From contig OZ241996.1 in the NCBI GenBank assembly GCA_965204535.1, positions 1,120,001-1,184,000 on the forward strand: 64,000 bases of DNA, in the 5' to 3' direction. Positions 29,331 to 37,175 of the stretch are shown one piece after another. How positions within the stretch are numbered: position 1 is the first letter of the stretch; each line of letters begins with the position of its first letter. The stretch is from a bacterium. GTDB taxonomy: Bacteria > UBA8248. The notes beneath the pieces are model-generated. The model saw nothing but the letters and a program-made list of their open reading frames with translations, was not told the DNA's origin and searched no databases. Made by a program: the position numbers and the translations under genes.

Positions 29331-31052
29331 CTAGCGGAGCGACAGGCCGGTGCGGCGGGGCATTTTGCGAAGCCGTTCGTAGCGAGCAACGCGCGGCTGG
29401 TCGAGCAGGGGCTTGGGTTCGTTCTCGAGGTTTTGCTGGTGAACGTCGTCCGCGAAACCCTCGATGCCGACCCTGGGCAGCGCTTTTCCAATGAAGCGTT
29501 CGATGTTCTTGACGGGCGTGATTTCACCGGGCGACATGAGCGTCATGGCGTAGCCGATGCGGCCGGCGCGCGCCGTTCGTCCTGCGCGATGCACGTAGTC
29601 CTCGGGGTATTCGGGCACGTCGTAATTGATGACGTGGGAGATGCCCGTCACGTCGATGCCGCGCGAAACGATGTCCGTCGCCACAAGAATGCGGTGCTTG
29701 CCCTGGCGAAAGCCCGCCAGCGCGCGCTCCCGCTGGCGCTGGCTTCTGTCGGAGTGAATCTTGGCGACGGCAATTTTCTCGTTCTCCAGGAAATTGCACA
29801 GCACATCGGCCCCGGCCTTGGTTCTCGTGAAGATGAGAACGCTGGTGGGGTTGTACTTGTCGATGATGCCCAGTACGCCGCGGGGTTTGTTCGCCATGCT
29901 GATGGGGTAGACGCCGTGGTGGATGCCCTCCGCCGGCGTCGAGGGCGGCGAGATGTTGATTTGCACCGGGTCGCTCACCGCGCGATTCGCCAGATCCTGA
30001 ATTTTCTCGGGCATGGTGGCGGAGAAGAGCATGGTTTGCCGCTTTTTGGGGAGGCGCTTGAGGATTTCGGTGATCTCCTCGGCGAAGCCCATGTCCAGCA
30101 TGCGGTCGGCCTCGTCGATGATGAGTATCTCCAGTTTCCTGAAATGAACGGATTTGCGCTTCAGGTGATCGAGCAGTCTGCCGGGTGTGGCGACGACGAC
30201 GTCCACGTTCGCCTGAAAGGCCTGGAACTGCGGCTCGTAGTCCACCCCGCCGTAGATGACGGCGCACGAGGTTTCGAGGTGTTTTCCCAGCCGGTGGAAT
30301 TGCTCCGAAACCTGGATGGCCAACTCCCGCGTGGGCGTCAGGACGAGGCATCGGGTGCCCGAGCCGCCTTGGAGGCGTTCGAGCGTCGGCAGGGCGAACG
30401 AGGCCGTTTTCCCCGTACCCGTCTGGGCGCAGCCGATGATGTCGCGGCCCTCGCGCGCGATGGGAATCGCCTCCCGCTGGATGGGGGTGGGAGTGTCGAA
30501 CCTGAGGCCGTGAATCCCGCGGAGCAGTTCCGCCCCGAAGCCGAGCTCCCGGAAGCCTTCGGGCGCGTCGCCTGGGTCGAAATCGCCCACGCCGATGTCG
30601 GCGGGGTCTTTTTGGTAGGTGATGCCGTTATAAGAGGGATTCGCGGCTTTCTGGGATTTTTGCGGTGCGGTTTTCGCTCCGGCTGTTGCGGGTTTTTTCT
30701 TGCGGCGCCTTCTTGTCCTTTTGTTTTTGGATGTTTTGTCGTCGTTTTCCGGTTTTTTCGATTCTATGGTCGCTGCGTTTTGCTTATGCAAGTCATCTCC
30801 ATTATTTTGTTTTCTCCGGGGGCGTCGGCGACGACGGCGCTTGTTCCCGGGATTCGTCCTTTCCTGGTCGGTTTTTCCTTGAGGGGATTCACCGTTGAGG
30901 GGTGTCGAGGCGGAAAACGTGTCTCTCCGCCCGGCATTGTCTGCGGATGATATGGAAGCTGTTTCCTGAACCTCGGGACTTGACTGGCTATCAGGGGCTT
31001 CTGCTTTGCTTTTGGAGCGAATGATGCTCGCTAAACGTTTGATTATTCTCAC
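29331..31052 (-). CDS. DEAD-box RNA helicase with long basic N-terminal extension
   Basis: PTPIQ, AQTGTGKT, PTRELA, DEAD, SAT, HRAGRTARAG. Confidence 0.93.
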   Translation of the reverse strand: MRIIKRLASIIRSKSKAEAPDSQSSPEVQETASISSADNAGRRDTFSASTPLNGESPQGKTDQERTNPGNKRRRRRRPRRKQNNGDDLHKQNAATIESKKPENDDKTSKNKRTRRRRKKKPATAGAKTAPQKSQKAANPSYNGITYQKDPADIGVGDFDPGDAPEGFRELGFGAELLRGIHGLRFDTPTPIQREAIPIAREGRDIIGCAQTGTGKTASFALPTLERLQGGSGTRCLVLTPTRELAIQVSEQFHRLGKHLETSCAVIYGGVDYEPQFQAFQANVDVVVATPGRLLDHLKRKSVHFRKLEILIIDEADRMLDMGFAEEITEILKRLPKKRQTMLFSATMPEKIQDLANRAVSDPVQINISPPSTPAEGIHHGVYPISMANKPRGVLGIIDKYNPTSVLIFTRTKAGADVLCNFLENEKIAVAKIHSDRSQRQRERALAGFRQGKHRILVATDIVSRGIDVTGISHVINYDVPEYPEDYVHRAGRTARAGRIGYAMTLMSPGEITPVKNIERFIGKALPRVGIEGFADDVHQQNLENEPKPLLDQPRVARYERLRKMPRRTGLSLR

Positions 31053-31130
31053 GGTGAGCTTTTATAGGGAAGATGCTCGCGTCTGTCAAGCGCAGTATGC
31101 GAGGACTTGCAGTTGGAGGGGAGCCTGTTC

Positions 31131-32132
31131 ATGACGCAAAAAGGGGTCGTATTGTGGCATCAGGAGACCATCGACGCGCGCGACGTGCCGCGCTTCGCCC
31201 GGTGGTGCGAGGATTCGGGAATCGATTCGCTCTGGTTTCCCGAAACCTGGGTGCGCGACGGCGGTATCCTCATCGCCATGGCGGCGCAGGCGGTGGACAG
31301 CATCAATCTGGGGGCCGCGGTGTTCAACATCTACGGCAGAACGCCCGGCCTCATGGCACAGACGGCGGCGGAACTCGACGTGCTGAGCAACGGCCGCTTC
31401 CACTTGGGAATCGGCTCGAGCGGACAAGCGGTGATCGAGAACTGGCACGGGATGCCCTTCGGCAGTCCGCTCAAGCGCTCGCGTGAGATGGTCGCAGCCC
31501 TGCGTCAGGCGTTTCGCGGCGAGCGCGTGGAATTGGATGGTGAAATCTACCGGCTGAGCGGCTTCAAGCTGCGCCGCAAGCCGGTGCAGGAGCGCCTGCC
31601 CATCTACCTGGGGTCGAACGGCCCGAACTACACGAGGCTGACCGGAGAGATCGCAGACGGCTGGATTCCTTTCTGTATCCCGTTTTCGAGAACAAGGGAT
31701 GCCCTTAAATTCCTCGAAGAAGGCGCCGAATCGGCGGGCAGGGCGGTCTCGGAGATCGATGTGGCGCCCTTCGTCTACACGGTGCCGTTTGACGATCTCG
31801 AGCGAGCGCGTGCCCTCGTGAAGCCCGAACTCGGGTTTTACATCGGCGCGATGGGCGATTACTACCAGGCGCAACTCACGCGCTGGGGCTACGGGGAGGA
31901 TGCTCAAAAAATCCGGGCGGCTTGGAGGAAGGGCGGCCGGAAAGCAGTGGGAGAGGCGCTCTCGGATGAACTGGTGGATGACCTCGCCATCTGCGGTCCC
32001 AAATCCCGATGCAACGAAATGCTGGCCGCTTTGAGGGAGATGGGCGTCACGCAGCCGCTTTTCCGGATACCCGACGAGACGCCCGAAGAGGACGTGAAGC
32101 GCGCGCTCGGGGTTTTGGGAGAACTCGACTGA
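31131..32132 (+). CDS. LLM-class flavin/F420-dependent oxidoreductase
   Basis: SLWFPETW, LSNGRFHLGIG, GEIADGW. Confidence 0.88.
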   Translation: MTQKGVVLWHQETIDARDVPRFARWCEDSGIDSLWFPETWVRDGGILIAMAAQAVDSINLGAAVFNIYGRTPGLMAQTAAELDVLSNGRFHLGIGSSGQAVIENWHGMPFGSPLKRSREMVAALRQAFRGERVELDGEIYRLSGFKLRRKPVQERLPIYLGSNGPNYTRLTGEIADGWIPFCIPFSRTRDALKFLEEGAESAGRAVSEIDVAPFVYTVPFDDLERARALVKPELGFYIGAMGDYYQAQLTRWGYGEDAQKIRAAWRKGGRKAVGEALSDELVDDLAICGPKSRCNEMLAALREMGVTQPLFRIPDETPEEDVKRALGVLGELD

Positions 32133-32136
32133 ATAT

Positions 32137-32661
32137 CTAAGCGGGGTATCGTCCCCAGCCTGCGATGTGGCCCCTCAGATAGCAGATTTGCCCGATGTGC
32201 GAGAGGTGGTCACCGAGAAATCTTCCCAGTACCAGACCGAGCTTGATGGGCTTCTTGGTGTAGAAATCGATTTCTTCCCTGTCCAGGTCCGCCGCGCTCA
32301 ACCCCGAGAGGCAGGGGAGCGTTTTGCCGCGCACCGCTTCGAAATAGCCCATCAGGGTGTCCTTGCTGGCTCTAAGGGCCAGTACCTGTTCGAGCGTGAA
32401 GCCCACACCTGTGCATTCGGCGTCGGGCTCCATGCCGAACCGCTCGTGCCATTTCCCCTCTATCCAGAGCTCCGGGGTTCCGCCGAGGAACGAAAACGTC
32501 CTGTCCTCGAAGCGCGTCATGTGCCAGATGAGCCATCCCATGGGATTGTCGTTCGGACCGGGCTGAAGCATGAGGTCCTCGTCGGTGACGTCTTCCATGA
32601 CTTCTCTGAGCCTCATGCCGTAGGCTTCGAGGCGCTCCCTGATGATTGTCGGCGCATCCAT
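32137..32661 (-). CDS. DinB/YfiT-family metalloprotein
   Basis: NPMGWLIWHM...H..SHIGQICYLRG. Confidence 0.85.
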   Translation of the reverse strand: MDAPTIIRERLEAYGMRLREVMEDVTDEDLMLQPGPNDNPMGWLIWHMTRFEDRTFSFLGGTPELWIEGKWHERFGMEPDAECTGVGFTLEQVLALRASKDTLMGYFEAVRGKTLPCLSGLSAADLDREEIDFYTKKPIKLGLVLGRFLGDHLSHIGQICYLRGHIAGWGRYPA

Positions 32662-32728
32662 GCCGGGCCTCCTCCGTTCGTTGCGGAAACGAAAAACGCG
32701 GGAATTATATACTTTAGTGCCTTAATGG

Positions 32729-33004
32729 TTATTCCCCTAATTTAGCATTGAATTTCTCTTCGAGTTTGTTGTCTATGACTTCTTCCAATCGTTTGAAGAA
32801 TAAATCCATAGTCCCTTTATTTTTTTCACTTGTTCCACGAAGTGCACGATCCACGAACAATGCGCTTTGCATTTCTAAAATCAATTTTGCCAAATAATCA
32901 GTTCTTTCATTTATACATTTTTCTAATTGAAGATATGCTTGTTGTATTTCAGACATGTCATCCTCCAGCTTCTTAATCCGTGCTTCTAGTTTTCCATCCA
33001 TCAT
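32729..33004 (-). CDS. Hypothetical coiled-coil passenger protein
   Basis: RBS aaggag; 91 aa; ends just inside left TIR. Confidence 0.6.
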   Translation of the reverse strand: MMDGKLEARIKKLEDDMSEIQQAYLQLEKCINERTDYLAKLILEMQSALFVDRALRGTSEKNKGTMDLFFKRLEEVIDNKLEEKFNAKLGE

Positions 33005-33057
33005 TATTTATACTCCTTTTCAGTTAATGAAAATTCTACAAATTCTGAAAATAATAC

Positions 33058-33086
33058 TTGACAACTCCGGCACCATCTAGTATAAT
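33058..33086 (+). promoter_or_regulatory. Consensus sigma70 promoter of the transposase
   Basis: TTGACA-N17-TATAAT, then AGGAG RBS. Confidence 0.85.
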
Positions 33087-33113
33087 TGTGTCATTGAATA
33101 GGAGAAAGAATCA

Positions 33114-34052
33114 ATGGCACAGAAAGCACCAGGCAAGGCATTCAGAGAAGGCATGAGCATCATGGATGCAATGAAGATGTTTCCCGATGATGCAACCGCC
33201 GAAAAGTGGTTCATCGAGAAACGATGGCCTGTTGGCGTATGTTGTCCTGAATGTGGCTCCTTGAATGTTCTCACTGGCGCAAAGCACAAGACAATGCCTT
33301 TCAGGTGTCGTGAAAAGGAATGCGGCAAAAGGTTCAGCGTTCGCACTGGAACAATCATGGAATCTTCAAATCTCGGATATCAATTATGGGCTATGGCTCT
33401 TTACTTCTGCCTCACCAATCTCAAGGGCGTATCCAGCATGAAGTTACACCGAGACCTTGGGATTACCCAAAAATCCGCTTGGCACTTGACTCATAGAATC
33501 CGAAAGGCACTTGAATCAAATAGTGGATTTTTTGATAGTCCAGTAGAAATCGATGAGACTTATATTGGCGGTTTGGAAAGGAACAAGCATAAGGACAAGA
33601 AACAAAATGCCGGACGCGGCGCAGTAGGCAAATCCGCCGTAGTTGGTATCAAGGAGCGGAAATCCAACAAGGTTAAGGCCAAGGTGGTAGAAGATACAAA
33701 GAAAGAAACCTTGCAGGATTTCGTGAATGAAAACGTGGAAGGTGAAGCCGAAAAATACACTGATGAAAATCGTTCATACAGGGGATTGAATAACCACAAG
33801 AAGGTGAACCATAGCATGGGAAAGTGGGTGGACGAGATGGCTCATACAAACGGCATTGAATCCTTCTGGTCAATGTTCAAGCGAGGCTTTCATGGGACCT
33901 ATCACAAAATGAGCCATAAGCATTTACAACGATATGTCGATGAATTCTCTGGAAGGCACAATATCCGTAGTCTTGATACAATCAAGCAGATGGAGGCTAT
34001 GGTAAATGGCATGGACGGGAAGCGACTCAAGTATAAGGATTTGGTGGCTTAA
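33114..34052 (+). CDS. IS1595-family (ISXO2-like) transposase
   Basis: Zn ribbon CPEC..CREKEC, HTH, VEIDETYIGG, YTDE, HTNGIESFWSMFKR. Confidence 0.95.
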   Translation: MAQKAPGKAFREGMSIMDAMKMFPDDATAEKWFIEKRWPVGVCCPECGSLNVLTGAKHKTMPFRCREKECGKRFSVRTGTIMESSNLGYQLWAMALYFCLTNLKGVSSMKLHRDLGITQKSAWHLTHRIRKALESNSGFFDSPVEIDETYIGGLERNKHKDKKQNAGRGAVGKSAVVGIKERKSNKVKAKVVEDTKKETLQDFVNENVEGEAEKYTDENRSYRGLNNHKKVNHSMGKWVDEMAHTNGIESFWSMFKRGFHGTYHKMSHKHLQRYVDEFSGRHNIRSLDTIKQMEAMVNGMDGKRLKYKDLVA

Positions 34053-34053
34053 A

Positions 34054-34230
34054 ATGTCGAAGAAAAAGACGAAACAAAAATTGCCGGTAGTTGAAATCGT
34101 GAAATCGACGTATCAGCCTTCCAAGGCCGAACAAGAAAAAGAATTTGACTTGCCGAAAATGACGCTAGATGAAGCGGCGGAACGATTGTTGCGTCCAGTG
34201 CAAATACGTCATACGGACAAGCCGAAATAA
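34054..34230 (+). CDS. Small 58-aa ORF coupled to the transposase
   Basis: ATG 1 nt after transposase stop; MSKKK...YQPSKAEQE... Confidence 0.6.
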   Translation: MSKKKTKQKLPVVEIVKSTYQPSKAEQEKEFDLPKMTLDEAAERLLRPVQIRHTDKPK

Positions 34231-34255
34231 ACTCATTTCTCGTATAAATAGGTAT

Positions 34256-34477
34256 ATGAATACACACACTCTACCAAGAAACAAAAAAGAATTAACAGAA
34301 TTGATGGAAAGAACCGGAGAAGTGATTCCTAGAGATTGTTTTCCTGATGAAGAATCTTACGCAAAGTTTCGCCGAGGATTAGTTGCACTTGGCGAACTTG
34401 ATTATCATGGTCTGACTGATGAATATAAGGAAATGTGCCAGAGGGAGTTCGAAGGCCAGCTTGATGATCTAAAGTAA
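34256..34477 (+). CDS. Hypothetical passenger protein (73 aa)
   Basis: RBS aggt; overlaps convergent ORF 34329-34604. Confidence 0.45.
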   Translation: MNTHTLPRNKKELTELMERTGEVIPRDCFPDEESYAKFRRGLVALGELDYHGLTDEYKEMCQREFEGQLDDLK

Positions 34478-34604
34478 TAAGAAAATCATTTATGGTTGGT
34501 TCAAACCGAGGAAGGGAAACAATAGTGGCGGCAAGTGCTCCAATGAATTTTTCTACTGCTTCTTGACTAAATTGGTTCTTGTTTGTCTCTTCATTATTCA
34601 TCAT
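34329..34604 (-). CDS. Hypothetical passenger ORF (possibly truncated)
   Basis: Start overlaps TM2 gene stop (ATGA coupling), but 3' half overlaps an opposite-strand ORF. Confidence 0.35.
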   Translation of the reverse strand: MMNNEETNKNQFSQEAVEKFIGALAATIVSLPRFEPTINDFLITLDHQAGLRTPSGTFPYIHQSDHDNQVRQVQLILGETLRKILHQENNL

Positions 34605-35038
34605 TTTTCGCTCCTGAAAAGTGATTCAATAGTTTCAATCTCAATACCTTCGTTATATTTGTCTACTTGATTCGGAATAGTGAACAAGTCGATGAACCAC
34701 CAGATGGCGTAAACAAACAATCCTAAAAAACCAATTGCCGCTAGAAACATTCCCTCGGACAATTCTTCGCCATATGAAACCTGGGAAGCCGGATCAATGC
34801 TCATGATAAGACCTATGAAAAGAAACCAAACGGCAATGGATGGCGCAATTACGTATAAAATTCCTGCCCAAATTCTACCGAGATAGAACTTGTGAATTCC
34901 AAGGAAACTTAAAAAGAACCATAGAACATAGGTCAGGCCAACGGATTTTTTCCTTCGTTCGACTTCACTTTGCAAAATATGAAATTCCCTATCATCAAGT
35001 TCCTTTTTCATGGCTATTAGATTTTGGGGACGATTCAT
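34601..35038 (-). CDS. TM2-domain membrane protein
   Basis: KKSVGLTYVLWFFLSFLGIHKFYLG...WWFIDLFTIP. Confidence 0.88.
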   Translation of the reverse strand: MNRPQNLIAMKKELDDREFHILQSEVERRKKSVGLTYVLWFFLSFLGIHKFYLGRIWAGILYVIAPSIAVWFLFIGLIMSIDPASQVSYGEELSEGMFLAAIGFLGLFVYAIWWFIDLFTIPNQVDKYNEGIEIETIESLFRSEK

Positions 35039-35604
35039 GATGATGTTTCCTTTACGGGAGATTCTTTTCTAAACCAAATCCGGCTTTCTCTGGTGAAAGC
35101 AAATACTATGGCGATGCATTCAAGAAACAATCGAGCAGTTTGAGATATTTCCAAAAAGTTCAAGGAAACAAGTCCTGATGTAATTTCTGATATTTGAAGT
35201 GTAAAAGAAAGAATGGAAAATCCAGAAATAATGACGATGATCCATTTAGCGATATTGCTTCTCTTCCGTGAAGCGAGCAGACACAATATTGCTATGCTTC
35301 CATACACAAAAAGCAAAATTCCTAATTGAAGAAAAATGGATATTTCTACTTCAGGACGCATTTCGGGATAACGAACATATATTTGCAATTCTATGAATAG
35401 TGAAAGTAGATACGCGGCCTCGAAATTTTTGATTGACTGAGGTCTTTTATCCTGTTCTTCTTCCAATCTTTCTTGTTCTTCTTTCAATATTTGTTTTTGT
35501 TGTTTTTCTTCCTTCCATCCATCTTTTAATTTTCGATTGCGTTCTCGCGCTTCCCGTTCTTGACGTTTCCACCAAGGTTCTTGTTCTTCTGGTTTTTTGG
35601 ACAT
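35035..35604 (-). CDS. Membrane protein with charged N-terminus and about 4 TM helices
   Basis: ATG 35604 with agagg RBS; coupled to TM2 gene. Confidence 0.65.
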   Translation of the reverse strand: MSKKPEEQEPWWKRQEREARERNRKLKDGWKEEKQQKQILKEEQERLEEEQDKRPQSIKNFEAAYLLSLFIELQIYVRYPEMRPEVEISIFLQLGILLFVYGSIAILCLLASRKRSNIAKWIIVIISGFSILSFTLQISEITSGLVSLNFLEISQTARLFLECIAIVFAFTRESRIWFRKESPVKETSS

Positions 35605-35628
35605 GATTGCCTCTATGACAATAACATT

Positions 35629-35790
35629 CCCGGCTTTCCAACAAGGCCGGGCCTTGGCTACCATCACAGAGAGAAAGTGAAGTCTCGCCTATTTACCTTT
35701 TGTTCGGGGAGCTACCCCAAACTAGGTACGAAGGCTTTTGTATTCAGCGAGTGACCCGACGTGCGGTCGGAATCCCTCTATGATGGTAGC
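35629..35790 (-). ncRNA. Candidate structured RNA, copy A (C4/CI-antisense-like architecture)
   Basis: 15-bp stem 35776-35790/35657-35671 with G-U only on the minus strand; core GUCGGGUCACUCGCUGAAUACAAAA homologous to 62421-62445; upstream TTGACT-N18-TACCAT. Confidence 0.7.
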
Positions 35791-35798
35791 TGGAAAAG

Positions 35799-35828
35799 AT
35801 GGTATGTGAGGTCGAATGTTAAAGTCAA
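35799..35828 (-). promoter_or_regulatory. Sigma70-like promoter for RNA copy A and the passenger operon
   Basis: TTGACT (35828-35823), 18 nt, TACCAT (35804-35799). Confidence 0.6.
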
Positions 35829-35937
35829 GATGCTATCAAACGGGGAGAAGTGAAAATGCGTATAAATAAATATAGGACTCTGGAAGATTAGGAAAGAAAT
35901 TGAAGAATATTTTTAGGCACTATTGTATATAATTCCC

Positions 35938-35963
35938 AAAACGCCCCTCGAAAACGGGGGCGC
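35938..35963 (-). terminator. Intrinsic terminator of the selenoprotein gene; transposon inserted in its U-tract
   Basis: Stem cgcccc/ggggcg followed by T-run on the minus strand. Confidence 0.65.
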
Positions 35964-35982
35964 ATTTCAAAGACGAATTTCG

Positions 35983-36675
35983 CTAGATAGCCGTGTCGGC
36001 GCGAGCGGTGAAGATGGTGTGCTCCATCCTGGGCATCCCCTCGAACTTGGGATCCTCGTTCACCATCCCGGCCAGATATTCATCCACGTGCTCCGCATTC
36101 GACCACGTGCATTTGTAGGCCACTTTCCCATCTTTGCCGATGAGCCAGATGGTGTTCGGCAGGTCCCCGAGCATGGCGTGCACCTTCTGGTCCATTTCGT
36201 CGACGAGGATGTTGGTTTCCATGTTCTTTATTTCGGCCAGCTTCTGGGCGTAGCTTCGCTTGTGCTCGTAGGATTCGTGGTTTCTGATCTCGGGGAATCC
36301 GCGCTCGCCCGCGTGGGGTTCCCTCACGTAGAGATTGAAGACGGCCACGTCGCGATCCGCATATTTCTCCTGCAACTCTTCGTAAAACGGCACCTGCCGC
36401 CTGTACGGCGGTCACGTGATGGCGCCCGTGGTGATCACCACGTATTTCTTGCCCAGATAATCCGCCATGCGATGGACGTTCCCGTGAATGTCCTTGAGTT
36501 CGAAGTCGGGGAAGGGGGCGCCGGGAGGAAGAACGTCCGGGAATTTCTCATAAAAACTTTTGACCCGTTTGCTCGTGACGAGTTTGATGGTCTTCCACAG
36601 GTTCAGATACTGCCAGGACCAAAAACCCGCCAGCGGCCCCCAGGGTTTGGGGACGGAATCGTTAGCCGGCCTCAT
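35983..36675 (-). CDS. Iodothyronine deiodinase-like thioredoxin-fold selenoprotein (Sec at TGA 36414-36412)
   Basis: Two track ORFs are in frame across a single TGA: TTGAIT-U-PPY (cf. deiodinase GSCTUPPF) and downstream YVREPH (cf. YIEEAH); RBS gaggag. Confidence 0.85.
36381..36407 (-). promoter_or_regulatory. Bacterial SECIS-like hairpin
   Basis: CGUA-C-AGGCGGC-[AGGU]-GCCGUUU-UACG; apical loop begins 17 nt after UGA with G in second position. Confidence 0.7.
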
Positions 36676-36872
36676 ATGAAATGACTCCTCTGCGATGTAC
36701 GCTTGATTGTATGATGGTGTGTAAGCCCGCTATTTGTTTACCCAATCGCAGAGTGAAACACAACCGCCAAGAAGTGGGAACGGAAAAAGGTTCCTGGGGG
36801 GTGAATTTTGCGAATTTTTTTCACATTGTTTTTCAAAATATTTTGTCATTTATCTAAAGTAAATTGTAGGGA

Positions 36873-36972
36873 TTAAAAATCGAACGACAGCTGCGGCTCT
36901 TTTTCCCCCGAAGCGCCTTTTGGGGGATGTTTCGAAGAATCTTTCTCTTTGCTTTGGGTGCGCGGCGGTTTT
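36873..36972 (-). pseudogene. Orphan duplicate 3' end of the gene at 38156-38989
   Basis: 97-bp gap-free match to 38162-38258 (about 83% by manual count); encodes KGASGEKEPQLSFDF*. Confidence 0.8.
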
Positions 36973-37175
36973 GTCGGGGTTTCTTTGCGCTGGCATCTCT
37001 CGGCGGTGTCGCGCAGGGTACGCAGAATAGATGTGTGGGAGCCATACGGACTGGTTATTCGTGAGGCCGACGCTGCAAGGTGCACAGTAGACCGACTTTG
37101 AACAGGCCAGGAGACAGAACTCTTGGTCGCTCAGAGTGCGCCTTGGCCGTTTCATCATGGTCCTGTTGCAGCCAA

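Larger units (their letters stand above)
32700..35937 (+). mobile_element. IS1595-family transposon with passenger genes (3238 bp)
   Basis: TIRs gggaattatatactttagtgccttaa (32700-32725) and reverse complement gggaattatatacaatagtgcctaaa (35912-35937); flanking direct repeat aaaacgc (32693-32699, 35938-35944); sharp drop in GC. Confidence 0.92.

Noticed and set aside
29256-30950. 564-aa plus-strand ORF
   Set aside because: Antisense shadow of the DEAD-box helicase, typical of high-GC codon bias
35629-35790. tRNA, hammerhead ribozyme or known riboswitch identity for the structured RNAs
   Set aside because: No T-loop/CCA, no CUGANGA-GAAA core, and no riboswitch consensus recognisable by eye; an Rfam search is still needed
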